49,369 nucleotides of DNA from Vulcanimicrobiota bacterium (GTDB lineage Bacteria > Vulcanimicrobiota > SpSt-956 > JAKJGF01), in assembly GCA_040217665.1 (NCBI GenBank), contig JBEHWP010000002.1:1-49369 (forward strand). The letters are read 5' to 3'. This document shows, one piece after another, positions 1-9,026 of the stretch. Numbering within the stretch: position 1 is the first letter of the stretch; the number at the start of each line of letters is the position of its first letter. Below the pieces are notes generated by a model that was given only the letters and a program-made list of their open reading frames with translations, was not told the origin of the DNA and did no database searches. The translations under genes were made by a program, and so were the position numbers.

Positions 1-10
1 TAGAGAGACA

Positions 11-113
11 GTTTATCTAAATAATTTAAGAGCATAGGAATTTTCATTTTTAATGGCGTAAAATAAGGCTTTAGATGAAAATTAAGTAGAAGCAATTTAT
101 CTAAATAATTTAT
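11..113 (+). repeat. Dispersed ~80-bp intergenic repeat (family 1): partial unit 11-29 plus full unit 34-113
   Basis: ATAGGAATTTTCATTTTTAATGGCGTAAAATAAGGCTTTAGATGAAA-N15-TTTATCTAAATAATTTA. TTTAGAT.AAA and TTTATCTAAA form an internal hairpin. Confidence 0.85.
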
Positions 114-205
114 ATTGTCATTATTCTTTAAAGATCATATACTGATATGACGATAAATAATATATATACGTCTTATGAATTATACCGGTTATATTCTTTA
201 TCATC

Positions 206-1930
206 ATGTCTTATGAGGTTATTAATCAGATGGACATAAACATTTTAATAGTGGAAGATGAAAAAATTCTAGCAATGACTATGAAAAAAATGTTAATTAG
301 CCTTGGTTATAAGGTAGTTGGTACAGTTTCTTCAGGTGAAAAAGCACTTCAGAAGATTTCAGAAGAAAAACCATCTTTAGTCCTTATGGATGTGAGGTTA
401 AAAGGCCCTATAAATGGAATAGAAGTTGCTGAGAAATTAACAGGATTTTATAATATACCTGTAATATATATTACTGCTTATGAAGATAAAGAAACCTTTG
501 AAAGAGCAAAATTAACAGCACCTTTCGGTTATATTATTAAACCCTTCGACGAAAAAATACTTCATATGACAATAGAAATAGCACTTTATAAACACCGGCT
601 TGATATTAACATGAAAGAACAGGCCATTAATAAGGAGAAAGAAAAATATCGTTCCAACGTGGAAACAATTTTTAGCTGTCTTGAAGAAGGAATAATTACA
701 GTAGATAAAGATATGAATATAACAGAGATCAATCCTTCTATAGAAAAAATATTTGGTTTTTCCCGTGATATTATAGGTAAATCTTTTTCTTATTTTATTA
801 AGGGCCCTATGTTTATCAATATTTTAAATGAAACTCTGATAAAGAAAAAACCTGTTAAAATAAATCGTATTGAAGTTAAAGATAGCAAAATTTTGACCAT
901 TAATACTGCTCCTCTTATAGATCCTGATGGTATATGTTCAGGTGTAATTATGGTAATAAGGGATGAAACTCATGTGGTTGAACTGGAGAAAAAACTGGAA
1001 GTAAGACAGTCTTTTCATAATATAACAGGTGAAAGTGAAAAAATTCAGAAGATTTATTCCCTTATAGAATCTCTCTATTCTGTTCAGACTACAGTCCTTA
1101 TAACGGGAGAAAGTGGTACAGGAAAAGAGCTTGTAGCAGAAGCTATTCATTATAAAGGAGGGAGAAAAAGTAAACCTTTTGTAAGAGTAAACTGTTCTTC
1201 TCTATCTGAAAATCTGCTTGAAAGTGAACTTTTTGGCCATGTCAGAGGTTCTTTTACGGGAGCCTTCAGGGATAAAATCGGGCGCTTCGAAATGGCCCAT
1301 GGCGGGACAATTTTTCTCGATGAAATAGGGGATATTTCTCCTTCTATGCAGTTACATCTTTTAAGAGTCCTGGAAAATCATGAATTTGAAAGGGTTGGCG
1401 ATAATAAAACTATTAAAGTAGATGTCCTTATTATTGCAGCTACAAACCAGGATTTAAAAGAAAAAGTAAGAACAGGAACGTTTCGTGAAGATCTTTATTA
1501 TCGTCTTAAAGTAATAGAAATTAAATTACCGCCTCTCAGAGAAAGAAAAGAAGATATTCCATTGTTAATATTACATTTTCTCAGGAAATTTAATAACAAA
1601 TTTAATAAACATATTACACATATATCAGAAGAAGTGGAAAGACTCTTTATGAAATACAACTGGCCCGGTAATATAAGAGAACTGGAACATGCACTGGAGC
1701 ATGCCTGTATATTATGCCGTAATTCTCTTATCTTACCTGAAGATTTGCCTGAAGATTTTAGAGATATGTTAAATGGTAATGAAGAAAATAACTGGGATAA
1801 CCGTGATATGATTATTGAAACACTCGTAAAATCTGAAGGAAATAAATGCAGGGCATCGAGAATGCTCGGTATAAGCCGCCAGACCCTTTACAGAAGAATT
1901 AAGGAATATAATATTAATTATGACATGTGA
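206..1930 (+). CDS. Sigma-54-dependent response regulator (REC - PAS - AAA+ - Fis-type HTH; NtrC family enhancer-binding protein)
   Basis: N-terminal receiver motifs (ILIVEDE ... LVLMDVRL ... ITAY). Walker A GESGTGKE, ESELFGH, GAFTGA-like loop GSFTGA, FLDEIGD Walker B. C-terminal HTH (RMLGISRQTLYRRIKEY). ATG at 230 (MDINILIVEDE) has a GAGG about 8 nt upstream and may be the true start. Confidence 0.9.
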   Translation: MSYEVINQMDINILIVEDEKILAMTMKKMLISLGYKVVGTVSSGEKALQKISEEKPSLVLMDVRLKGPINGIEVAEKLTGFYNIPVIYITAYEDKETFERAKLTAPFGYIIKPFDEKILHMTIEIALYKHRLDINMKEQAINKEKEKYRSNVETIFSCLEEGIITVDKDMNITEINPSIEKIFGFSRDIIGKSFSYFIKGPMFINILNETLIKKKPVKINRIEVKDSKILTINTAPLIDPDGICSGVIMVIRDETHVVELEKKLEVRQSFHNITGESEKIQKIYSLIESLYSVQTTVLITGESGTGKELVAEAIHYKGGRKSKPFVRVNCSSLSENLLESELFGHVRGSFTGAFRDKIGRFEMAHGGTIFLDEIGDISPSMQLHLLRVLENHEFERVGDNKTIKVDVLIIAATNQDLKEKVRTGTFREDLYYRLKVIEIKLPPLRERKEDIPLLILHFLRKFNNKFNKHITHISEEVERLFMKYNWPGNIRELEHALEHACILCRNSLILPEDLPEDFRDMLNGNEENNWDNRDMIIETLVKSEGNKCRASRMLGISRQTLYRRIKEYNINYDM

Positions 1931-1960
1931 TGAAAAGAAAGGGAATATTAATTTAAGATT

Positions 1961-2041
1961 ACAGGAATTTTTCATTTTTAATGGCCTAAAATAAGGCTTT
2001 AGATAAAATTTAAGTAGAAGTAGTTTATCTAAATAATTTAA
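1961..2041 (+). repeat. Family 1 repeat copy
   Basis: ACAGGAATTTTTCATTTTTAATGGCCTAAAATAAGGCTTTAGATAAAATTTAAGTAGAAGTAGTTTATCTAAATAATTTAA. Near-identical to 34-113. Confidence 0.85.
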
Positions 2042-2067
2042 TTTTTAATTCTATATAAAAAACTAAT

Positions 2068-2262
2068 TTTTCTTCTCCAGAGCCTGCCAGACAGAAGCTT
2101 TTTATGGTTATCATCCTGTCCCTGGCCGGGCTCTGGAAGAAAAGATATGCCGTATTAAAAGAGAGTTATAAATTAAATAGACGCAAAATATTAACAGTCT
2201 GCAAAACCAGTTTGCCACGCAATAGGATCATATCTTTTCCGGAAGAGTCCGGCCAGGGACAG
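2068..2262 (+). repeat. Family 3 long palindromic element (GCTCTGGAG type), copy 1
   Basis: Arms CCTGTCCCTGGCCGGGCTCTGGAAGAAAAGATA (2115-2147) and TATCTTTTCCGGAAGAGTCCGGCCAGGGACAGG (2231-2262) flank an ~83-nt loop. An extra upstream arm TTCTTCTCCAGAGCC (2070-2084) is complementary to GGCTCTGGAAGAA. Confidence 0.8.
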
Positions 2263-2300
2263 GTTTTAGAAATGGGTACGAACTTATCTGGAGCATTACT

Positions 2301-2350
2301 TGGTGTACCAAGTTACAAAAACTGTAACTTATATGGTGTAACTTGGTACA
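2301..2350 (+). promoter_or_regulatory. Perfect 12-bp inverted repeat (possible enhancer/UAS for the activator, or a hairpin terminator)
   Basis: TGGTGTACCAAGTTACA (2301-2317) and TGGTGTAACTTGGTACA (2334-2350). GTACCAAGTTAC and GTAACTTGGTAC are exact reverse complements. Followed by ATTTTTT. Located 90-140 nt upstream of the -24 element. Confidence 0.4.
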
Positions 2351-2440
2351 ATTTTTTATACCTCCTGAACAATCGTCTCACATGGTTTTCATAAATTTAT
2401 TTCTCTGTAAATAAAAGGTTTGTATTCTTTTTTTATCTAC

Positions 2441-2456
2441 TGGCACGTAACCTGCT
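2441..2456 (+). promoter_or_regulatory. Sigma-54 (-24/-12) promoter candidate upstream of the chemoreceptor/kinase gene string
   Basis: TGGCACGTAACCTGCT versus consensus TGGCACG-N4-TTGCW. The GG and GC are correctly spaced and there is a single mismatch. It lies 104 nt upstream of the ATG at 2560, and a sigma-54 activator gene sits immediately upstream. Confidence 0.7.
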
Positions 2457-2559
2457 TTATAATTTTTAAATATACGGGAATGTTGATTTTTGTTAAGTTC
2501 CTTCATAATTGTCCCGTGACAGGCATTAAAATAATAAAAACATACAAGGAGGGTATTAC

Positions 2560-4893
2560 ATGCTCAACAATATTAAAATAGGCAGCAAGCTGATAGCCGG
2601 ATTTTTGATTGTCTCTCTTATTTCTGTTGTTATAGGTATTATTGGAACCATAAGTATTTACAGTGTTGCAAAAAATGATACACAGTTATATGAGAATACT
2701 ACTGTTCCCATTTCTGAATTACTCAATGTATCTGTATCTTTTCAACTTGTCAGGGTTTATATGATGGAAATGATTTATGCAAACAATCAGGAAGAAATAA
2801 AAAAATATGGAGATAAAATACCGGCACTCTCGGAGATAATAACAAAGAATATAGAGGACTTTGAAAAGAGAATTTTATCTGACGAGGAATTAAAGAAAGC
2901 CAATGAAGAATTTGGCGAAACCAGAAAGGTTTACAGAGCACATCTTAACACTATGAGAGAACTTGCAACAGCTAATAAAGATGCAGAAGCACTGGCATTA
3001 CTCAGAGGAGATGCCTATAAGTCTGCCATGGCAGAACAGGATGCAATAAATAAGCTTGTAGATATTATGATAAAAAATGGTAAGGAAGCAGCAAAACATA
3101 ACAGGGATATTGCATGGAATTCTATGATTACTATGATATGTGTAATAATCATTGGTCTGATAATAGCTGTAGGTATGGCTATCTATTTCGGCAGGAATAT
3201 TGGCACCATAATAACCGGGCTTTTAAGCGAAATAAATTATCTGTCATCTTCTGCTGTTTCCGGAAAACTTGATGCCCGTGGCAATGCTGAAAAAATTAAT
3301 TTTGAATTCAGACCTGTAGTAGAAGGTTTTAATAATACCCTTGATGCAGTAATAGGCCCTTTGAATGTGGCAGCAGAATATGTTGACCGTATCAGCAAGG
3401 GAGATATTCCTCCGAAGATTACAGACAGGTATAATGGTGATTTTAATGAAATAAAAAATAATCTTAATACATGTATTGATGCTATAAATGCCCTTGTTTC
3501 AGATGCACATATGCTTTCAAAAGCTGCAATGGAAGGGAAACTGGATATAAGAGCAGATGAAGGAATACACAGCGGAGATTTTAAGAAGATTATAGAAGGA
3601 GTAAATGGTAATCTTGATGCAGTAATAGGCCCTCTGAATGTGGCAGCAGAATATGTAGACCGTATCAGCAAGGGAGATATTCCTCCAAGGATTATAGATA
3701 CCTATTACGGTGATTTTAATGAGATAAAAAATAATTTGAATGAACTTATTGATTCTTTGAACAATGTATCCAATATAGCAGGTGAGATTGCAGAAGGAAA
3801 TCTCAAAGTTGAGGTACTTCCCAGGTCCGGAGAAGATACACTTATGAAGAGATTGAAAGAAATGGTTTCCTATCTGCAGGAAATCGCTTCAATTACCAAT
3901 GATCTGGCCGGTGGTAATCTTATGGTTCAAGTAAATATGAGATCGGAAAAAGATATGCTTATGAAGTCTCTTGACGAAATGGTTACAAACCTCAGAGATG
4001 TTGTTATGAATGTTCGTAATGCATCGGATAAGGTTGCTTCTGGAAGTCGTGGCATGAGTTCTTCTTCTGAAGAGATTTCTCAGGGTGCCACACAGCAGGC
4101 CGCTTCTGCAGAAGAAGCATCTGCCTCTATGGAGGAAATGACTGCAAATATAAAGCAAAATGCAAGTAATGCACAGTTTACTGAAAAGATTGCCATAAAA
4201 GCGTCCGATGATGCCAGAGAAGGAGGTAAAGCAGTTGCTCAGACAGTTAATGCAATGAAAGATATTGCGGGAAAGATCTTTATTATTGAGGAAATTGCAA
4301 GGCAGACAAATATGCTTGCCCTTAATGCGGCTATTGAAGCTGCAAGAGCAGGTGAACATGGCAAGGGATTTGCTGTAGTGGCTGCTGAAGTAAGAAAACT
4401 TGCAGAACGCAGTCAGGAAGCTGCCAAAGAAATAAGCCTTCTGTCAACTACCAGTGTGGAGATTGCAGAAAAAGCAGGACATCTGTTTGAAAAAATTATT
4501 CCAGATATACAGAAAACGGCAGAACTGGTTCAGGAGATAAATGCTGCAAGTAACGAGCAGAATTCCGGTGCAGAACAGATTAATAAAGCCATACATCAAC
4601 TTGATCTTGTAATTCAGCAAAATGCCGGTTCAGCTGAAAAGATGTCTTCTACTGCTCAGCTTCTGTCAGAAGAAGCACAGGATTTACAGAAAATCATATC
4701 TTTCTTTAAGCTGGAAAGTTCTGCTGTAAGATTTATGACTGGTCCCCTTCAGGATGACGGTGGAAATGGAAAAAAAGCTTTAACTTTTTTAAATCAGAAA
4801 AAACAGCTTGTTGATAAAAAATCTATCGATAACAGAGCTGTAATAACTCTTACCACATCAGATACTCACGATGGTGACTATATGAGATTTTAA
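2560..4893 (+). CDS. Methyl-accepting chemotaxis protein (N-terminal helical sensor, TM, duplicated HAMP-like linker modules, MCP signalling domain)
   Basis: Strong RBS AAGGAGG 8 nt upstream. Two TM segments. Conserved MCP hairpin region [43 protein letters not shown]. Methylation-helix-like Q/E-rich heptads. Confidence 0.9.
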   Translation: MLNNIKIGSKLIAGFLIVSLISVVIGIIGTISIYSVAKNDTQLYENTTVPISELLNVSVSFQLVRVYMMEMIYANNQEEIKKYGDKIPALSEIITKNIEDFEKRILSDEELKKANEEFGETRKVYRAHLNTMRELATANKDAEALALLRGDAYKSAMAEQDAINKLVDIMIKNGKEAAKHNRDIAWNSMITMICVIIIGLIIAVGMAIYFGRNIGTIITGLLSEINYLSSSAVSGKLDARGNAEKINFEFRPVVEGFNNTLDAVIGPLNVAAEYVDRISKGDIPPKITDRYNGDFNEIKNNLNTCIDAINALVSDAHMLSKAAMEGKLDIRADEGIHSGDFKKIIEGVNGNLDAVIGPLNVAAEYVDRISKGDIPPRIIDTYYGDFNEIKNNLNELIDSLNNVSNIAGEIAEGNLKVEVLPRSGEDTLMKRLKEMVSYLQEIASITNDLAGGNLMVQVNMRSEKDMLMKSLDEMVTNLRDVVMNVRNASDKVASGSRGMSSSSEEISQGATQQAASAEEASASMEEMTANIKQNASNAQFTEKIAIKASDDAREGGKAVAQTVNAMKDIAGKIFIIEEIARQTNMLALNAAIEAARAGEHGKGFAVVAAEVRKLAERSQEAAKEISLLSTTSVEIAEKAGHLFEKIIPDIQKTAELVQEINAASNEQNSGAEQINKAIHQLDLVIQQNAGSAEKMSSTAQLLSEEAQDLQKIISFFKLESSAVRFMTGPLQDDGGNGKKALTFLNQKKQLVDKKSIDNRAVITLTTSDTHDGDYMRF
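3340..3743 (+). repeat. Intragenic 273-bp (91-aa) duplication inside the chemoreceptor gene
   Basis: 3340-3470 and 3613-3743 are near-identical at the DNA level. Protein: [25 protein letters not shown](K/R)[14 protein letters not shown] occurs twice. Confidence 0.9.
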
Positions 4894-4942
4894 ACTCTAT
4901 ATAATCGGTCACTTTTTTGAAGATTAATCAGGGGGGTAATAT

Positions 4943-7225
4943 ATGAAAGACGTAAAAATTCTTATAGTCGAAGATGAATGGATTGTTGCAAAAAGTATAA
5001 AGAAAATGCTTTGCAATTTTGGTTATAATGTTTCTTATATAGCTTCATCAGGGGAAGAGGCTATCAAAAGAGCAGAAGAATTGAAACCTGATCTTATTCT
5101 TATGGATATTATTTTAAAGGGTTCTATGGATGGTATAGAAGCATCTATGAAGATAAAATCTCTTTTCAATATTCCTGTTATATATCTTACCGCCAATGCA
5201 GATGAAATTACCCTTGAAAGGGCAAAGATTTCAGAACCTTATGGTTATATTCTGAAGCCTTTCGAGGAAAGGGATCTTCAGATTTCCATCTATATGGCTC
5301 TTTATAAACATTCTATGGAAAATAAATTGAGGGAAAGTGAAGAAAGATTTCGACTCATGGCAGATACTGCTCCTGTCATGATATGGATGACAGATTGTGA
5401 ATTCAAGTATATTTATTTAAGTAAGCCATGGCTTATCTTCACTGGCGGTTCTCTGGAAGAAGAGATTTCTAAAGAATTTCTTCAGGATATCCATCCTGAA
5501 GATTTCGAGAAGTCTTTTGAGATTTATAGAAAAGCCTTTCTTGCCAGAGATAGCTTTCGACTGGAATATAGAAAAAAGGATTTTTCCGGTTTATATCACT
5601 GGTTTCTGGATACAGGTGTTCCCAGGTTTACTTCTGATGGTGAGTTTATTGGTTATATAGGGTCAGCTATTGATATTACAGAGAGGAAATCGATTGAAGA
5701 AGAACATATAAAGCTTATTTCATCCATAGAACAGAGCGGGGAAAGTATTATAATAGTTGATATAAACGGTATTATTGAATATGTCAATTCCGGTTTTGAA
5801 AAAATTTGCGGCTATTCCCGTAATGATGTTTATGGCTATCATATCAATATTCTTCAGAGAGATAAAAACTATATTCCTTTTTATGATGATATATGGGATT
5901 CTATTAAAGACAGACATGATGTATGGTCGGGACATGTTGTAATCAAAAAGAAAAATGGAAACCTTATAGATATGGAAGGAACTTTTGCTCCTATTCGTAA
6001 TAAAGAAGGAATAATTATCAATTATGTATCTGTAATGCATGACATAACGGAAAAACTTAAAATAGAAAAACATTTGAGACAGGCTCAAAAAATGGAAGCT
6101 CTTGGCACACTTGCAGGAGGTATTGCTCATGATTTTAATAATGTACTGAGTGGAATTATAGGTTATATGGAACTTATTGAACTGGGTCTTCCGGAAGACA
6201 GCAAGTATTATCAATATTTACAGAAAGCTCTTTCTGGCTCTATGAGAGCAAAGGATTTAGTCAGCCAGATCCTCACGTTCAGCCGTCAGAGTGAACAGCA
6301 ATTCAGAGTTATCAATGTAATTCCTATAGTAAAAGAGGTAATTAAATTTATCAGAGGAACTTTTCCTAAATCAATAGATATAAGGCAAAATATAAAAGTA
6401 ACTTCAGATGCAATTACAGGTGATCCCACTCAAATCTATCAGGTTCTTATGAATCTCTTAACAAATGCTTTTCATGCCATAGGAGAAGAAAAAGGACTTA
6501 TTGAAATAAGTTTGAATGATCTTGATCTTATAGCAGGTGATATGGCAAAATACCCGGGTATGAATCCCGGGAATTATATTGAATTAAGTGTGAGGGATAC
6601 AGGCTGTGGTATGGAACAGAATATACTTGACAGAATTTTTGAGCCTTTTTTTACTACCAAAAAACAGGGAGAAGGAACAGGTATGGGACTTGCAGTAGTA
6701 CATGGTATTATTAGAAGTCATGAAGGATTTATCTTTGTTTACAGTGAACCATTACAGGGAAGTATTTTTCAAATACTTTTTCCAAAGATTGAGAGCAGGA
6801 TTAAAGAGGTAAAGTGCCCTGTTTCTTCCATTCCTAAAGGTAAAGGACGTATACTTTTTATTGATGATGATGAAGATATGGTTAATCTCGGACAGGAATT
6901 ACTGCAAACACTTGGCTATGATTTTATAAGCAGGACGGCCAGTAAAGAAGCACTTAAATTGTTCAGTTCAAATCCAGAGGACTATGATTTAATTATAACA
7001 GATCAATCTATGCCTGATATGACAGGTATAAGACTTACTGAAGAGGTTTTAAAGATTAGGAATGATATGCCTGTTATACTATGTACCGGCTTCAGAGATA
7101 TACCTTCAGAAGAAGATTTTAAAGAATATGGTATCAGAGATATTATTCTCAAACCTATCAGATTAAGGGAGATTGCAGAAAAAATTTATAATACACTTTA
7201 TAATCATAATGTTTTGACATCTTAA
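4943..7225 (+). CDS. Hybrid sensor histidine kinase/response regulator (REC - PAS - PAS - HisKA - HATPase_c - REC)
   Basis: RBS GGGGGG upstream. Receiver motifs at both ends (ILIVEDE..LILMD; ILFIDDD..IITDQSMPDMTG). H-box GGIAHDFNNVL. N box LLTNAFHA. G boxes DTGCGM and GTGMGLAVV. Confidence 0.9.
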   Translation: MKDVKILIVEDEWIVAKSIKKMLCNFGYNVSYIASSGEEAIKRAEELKPDLILMDIILKGSMDGIEASMKIKSLFNIPVIYLTANADEITLERAKISEPYGYILKPFEERDLQISIYMALYKHSMENKLRESEERFRLMADTAPVMIWMTDCEFKYIYLSKPWLIFTGGSLEEEISKEFLQDIHPEDFEKSFEIYRKAFLARDSFRLEYRKKDFSGLYHWFLDTGVPRFTSDGEFIGYIGSAIDITERKSIEEEHIKLISSIEQSGESIIIVDINGIIEYVNSGFEKICGYSRNDVYGYHINILQRDKNYIPFYDDIWDSIKDRHDVWSGHVVIKKKNGNLIDMEGTFAPIRNKEGIIINYVSVMHDITEKLKIEKHLRQAQKMEALGTLAGGIAHDFNNVLSGIIGYMELIELGLPEDSKYYQYLQKALSGSMRAKDLVSQILTFSRQSEQQFRVINVIPIVKEVIKFIRGTFPKSIDIRQNIKVTSDAITGDPTQIYQVLMNLLTNAFHAIGEEKGLIEISLNDLDLIAGDMAKYPGMNPGNYIELSVRDTGCGMEQNILDRIFEPFFTTKKQGEGTGMGLAVVHGIIRSHEGFIFVYSEPLQGSIFQILFPKIESRIKEVKCPVSSIPKGKGRILFIDDDEDMVNLGQELLQTLGYDFISRTASKEALKLFSSNPEDYDLIITDQSMPDMTGIRLTEEVLKIRNDMPVILCTGFRDIPSEEDFKEYGIRDIILKPIRLREIAEKIYNTLYNHNVLTS

Positions 7226-7249
7226 TAATTTTCTGAAATCAGTAAAAAA

Positions 7250-8989
7250 ATGAAAGTACAGACAAAAATAATTTTTTTAATAGGTTTTCTTGTTATACTC
7301 TTTCTTGTTATAGTTAGTTTATTGAAGGATTCCAGAAGTTATAGATTATTTCTACTTATAGAAGAAGCGCAAAAAGAGAAAACTGTAATGTTTGATAAGG
7401 TACTGGACCTTAAAGGCAGGTCATTACAGATGGGTGTTAACGATTACACTTTATGGGATGACATGGTAAATTTTATAAATAATCCTTCTCAAAAATGGGC
7501 CATAGAATATATGGATAATTTTCTTTATATGTACAACACTGACATGTTATGGGTCTACAGGCCTGATAATTCTCTTGTTTATTCTGTCAACTTGATGAAA
7601 GATAATAATTTAAAAGAAATCCCTCTTCCTGAAGGATTTATAGGAATCTTATTCGAAAAAACAAAGTTTTGCCATTTTTTTCTTAACAGTTCCAGAGGTT
7701 TAATAGAGATTTATGGTGCTGCCGTACACCCTGTAAAGGATAAAGAAAGAAAAACACAGTCTCATGGATATCTGTTTGCAGGTTTGATATGGGATGAAAC
7801 ATATATTAAAGAGCTTTCATTAATTACAGATAGTGTAATAAAAATTACCCCTGTTAATAAAAAGGGAATCTTTATTTCCAATCCGGAAAAAGGCACTATT
7901 ATTTTTTCAAAGATTCTCAATGATTGGAAAGGTGAACCTGTTGCCAGTGTTAATGTCTGTTCAGATTCTTTCATACTCAAAAATTTTGTCAGTATATCGA
8001 ACTGGAATTTTTTACTTTTTATTGTTTTTCTGGTTTTTCTAATAATGTTTCTTTCTGTTTTTCTTACTTTATGGATAAATATACCGCTAAACAGGATTGC
8101 CAGAGCATTGAATACAGGAAATCCGGAATATCTTCTTGTTCTGGAGAAAGATAAAGGTGAATTCGGTTATATTTCCAGGCTTATAATGCAATTTTTCATG
8201 CAAAAGGAAGACCTTGCAAAGGAAATCACAGAAAGGATATTGATAGAAAAGCAGGTGAGAGAATTTAATACAGAACTTGAGGAAAGAGTTATACAGAGAA
8301 CTATAGAGCTTGCTGTTTCAAATAATAAACTCAAAGAAGAAGCTCACGAAAGAGAGAGAGCGGAAAGACAGATTCTCCTGTCACTTAAAGAAAAAGAAGT
8401 TCTTATAAAAGAGATACATCACAGAGTTAAAAATAATCTTCAGATTATTTCGAGTCTTTTATATCTTCAATCTGATTCTTTAAAAGATGAATATGATCGA
8501 CTGGTGTTTAAAGATACTCAGAGCAGAATTAAGTCAATAGCACTGGTTCATGAAAAATTATACGGAACCGGTGATTTCAGTAAAATTGATTTTCAGGCCT
8601 ATCTGCAATCTTTAATGGTTTATTTACGAAATACTTATAAAGTAAAGGATTTCATTAATGTTAATATAGATGTTTTACCTGTATATCTCGGAGTTGATAA
8701 AGCAATACCATGCGGGCTTATTGTAAATGAACTTGTTACCAATTCCTTGAAATATGCTTTCCCTGATAGCAGAGAAGGAGAAATTTATATCAGATTTTAT
8801 ACGGGAGGTGATAAAAAGGTTATTCTTGAAATAGAAGATAATGGTATAGGATTACCGGAAGATTTTGATATAAACAATATATCTACTCTCGGACTGGATC
8901 TTGTGAATAATCTGACCAGACAGATTGACGGGTATATAGATATTCAAAGTTGTAAGGGTACGAAAATTAATATTAATTTTACATTATAA
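7250..8989 (+). CDS. Membrane sensor histidine kinase, HisKA_2 family, with a CHASE4-like extracytoplasmic domain
   Basis: N-terminal TM, ~230-aa loop containing [10 protein letters not shown] (CHASE4-like), second TM, coiled coil. HisKA_2 H-box [20 protein letters not shown]. HATPase N box [12 protein letters not shown] and DNGIGLP. Confidence 0.8.
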   Translation: MKVQTKIIFLIGFLVILFLVIVSLLKDSRSYRLFLLIEEAQKEKTVMFDKVLDLKGRSLQMGVNDYTLWDDMVNFINNPSQKWAIEYMDNFLYMYNTDMLWVYRPDNSLVYSVNLMKDNNLKEIPLPEGFIGILFEKTKFCHFFLNSSRGLIEIYGAAVHPVKDKERKTQSHGYLFAGLIWDETYIKELSLITDSVIKITPVNKKGIFISNPEKGTIIFSKILNDWKGEPVASVNVCSDSFILKNFVSISNWNFLLFIVFLVFLIMFLSVFLTLWINIPLNRIARALNTGNPEYLLVLEKDKGEFGYISRLIMQFFMQKEDLAKEITERILIEKQVREFNTELEERVIQRTIELAVSNNKLKEEAHERERAERQILLSLKEKEVLIKEIHHRVKNNLQIISSLLYLQSDSLKDEYDRLVFKDTQSRIKSIALVHEKLYGTGDFSKIDFQAYLQSLMVYLRNTYKVKDFINVNIDVLPVYLGVDKAIPCGLIVNELVTNSLKYAFPDSREGEIYIRFYTGGDKKVILEIEDNGIGLPEDFDINNISTLGLDLVNNLTRQIDGYIDIQSCKGTKININFTL

Positions 8990-9026
8990 TGTATATTAAC
9001 AATAATTATAAAAAAGGTGTATCATT

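Noticed and set aside
1-113. Possibility that the family 1 repeats represent a CRISPR array
   Set aside because: Copies are dispersed over 44 kb, one or two per intergenic region. They are about 80 bp long rather than 24-48 bp, have no regular spacer structure, and no cas genes are present.
2104-2394. 96-aa plus-strand ORF between the regulator gene and the chemoreceptor gene
   Set aside because: It lies entirely on the family 3 palindromic repeat and the 12-bp inverted repeat. It has no RBS. The homologous repeat copy at 28262-28422 does not maintain an ORF. It is best explained as non-coding repeat sequence.
3237-4359. 144-aa and 156-aa minus-strand ORFs inside the chemoreceptor gene
   Set aside because: They are antisense to a confidently identified MCP, have low-complexity composition and lack an RBS.
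5720-6214. 164-aa minus-strand ORF inside the hybrid kinase gene
   Set aside because: It is antisense to the PAS/HisKA region of a well-supported gene, and its Ile/Phe/Asn/Tyr-rich composition is typical of AT-rich shadow frames.
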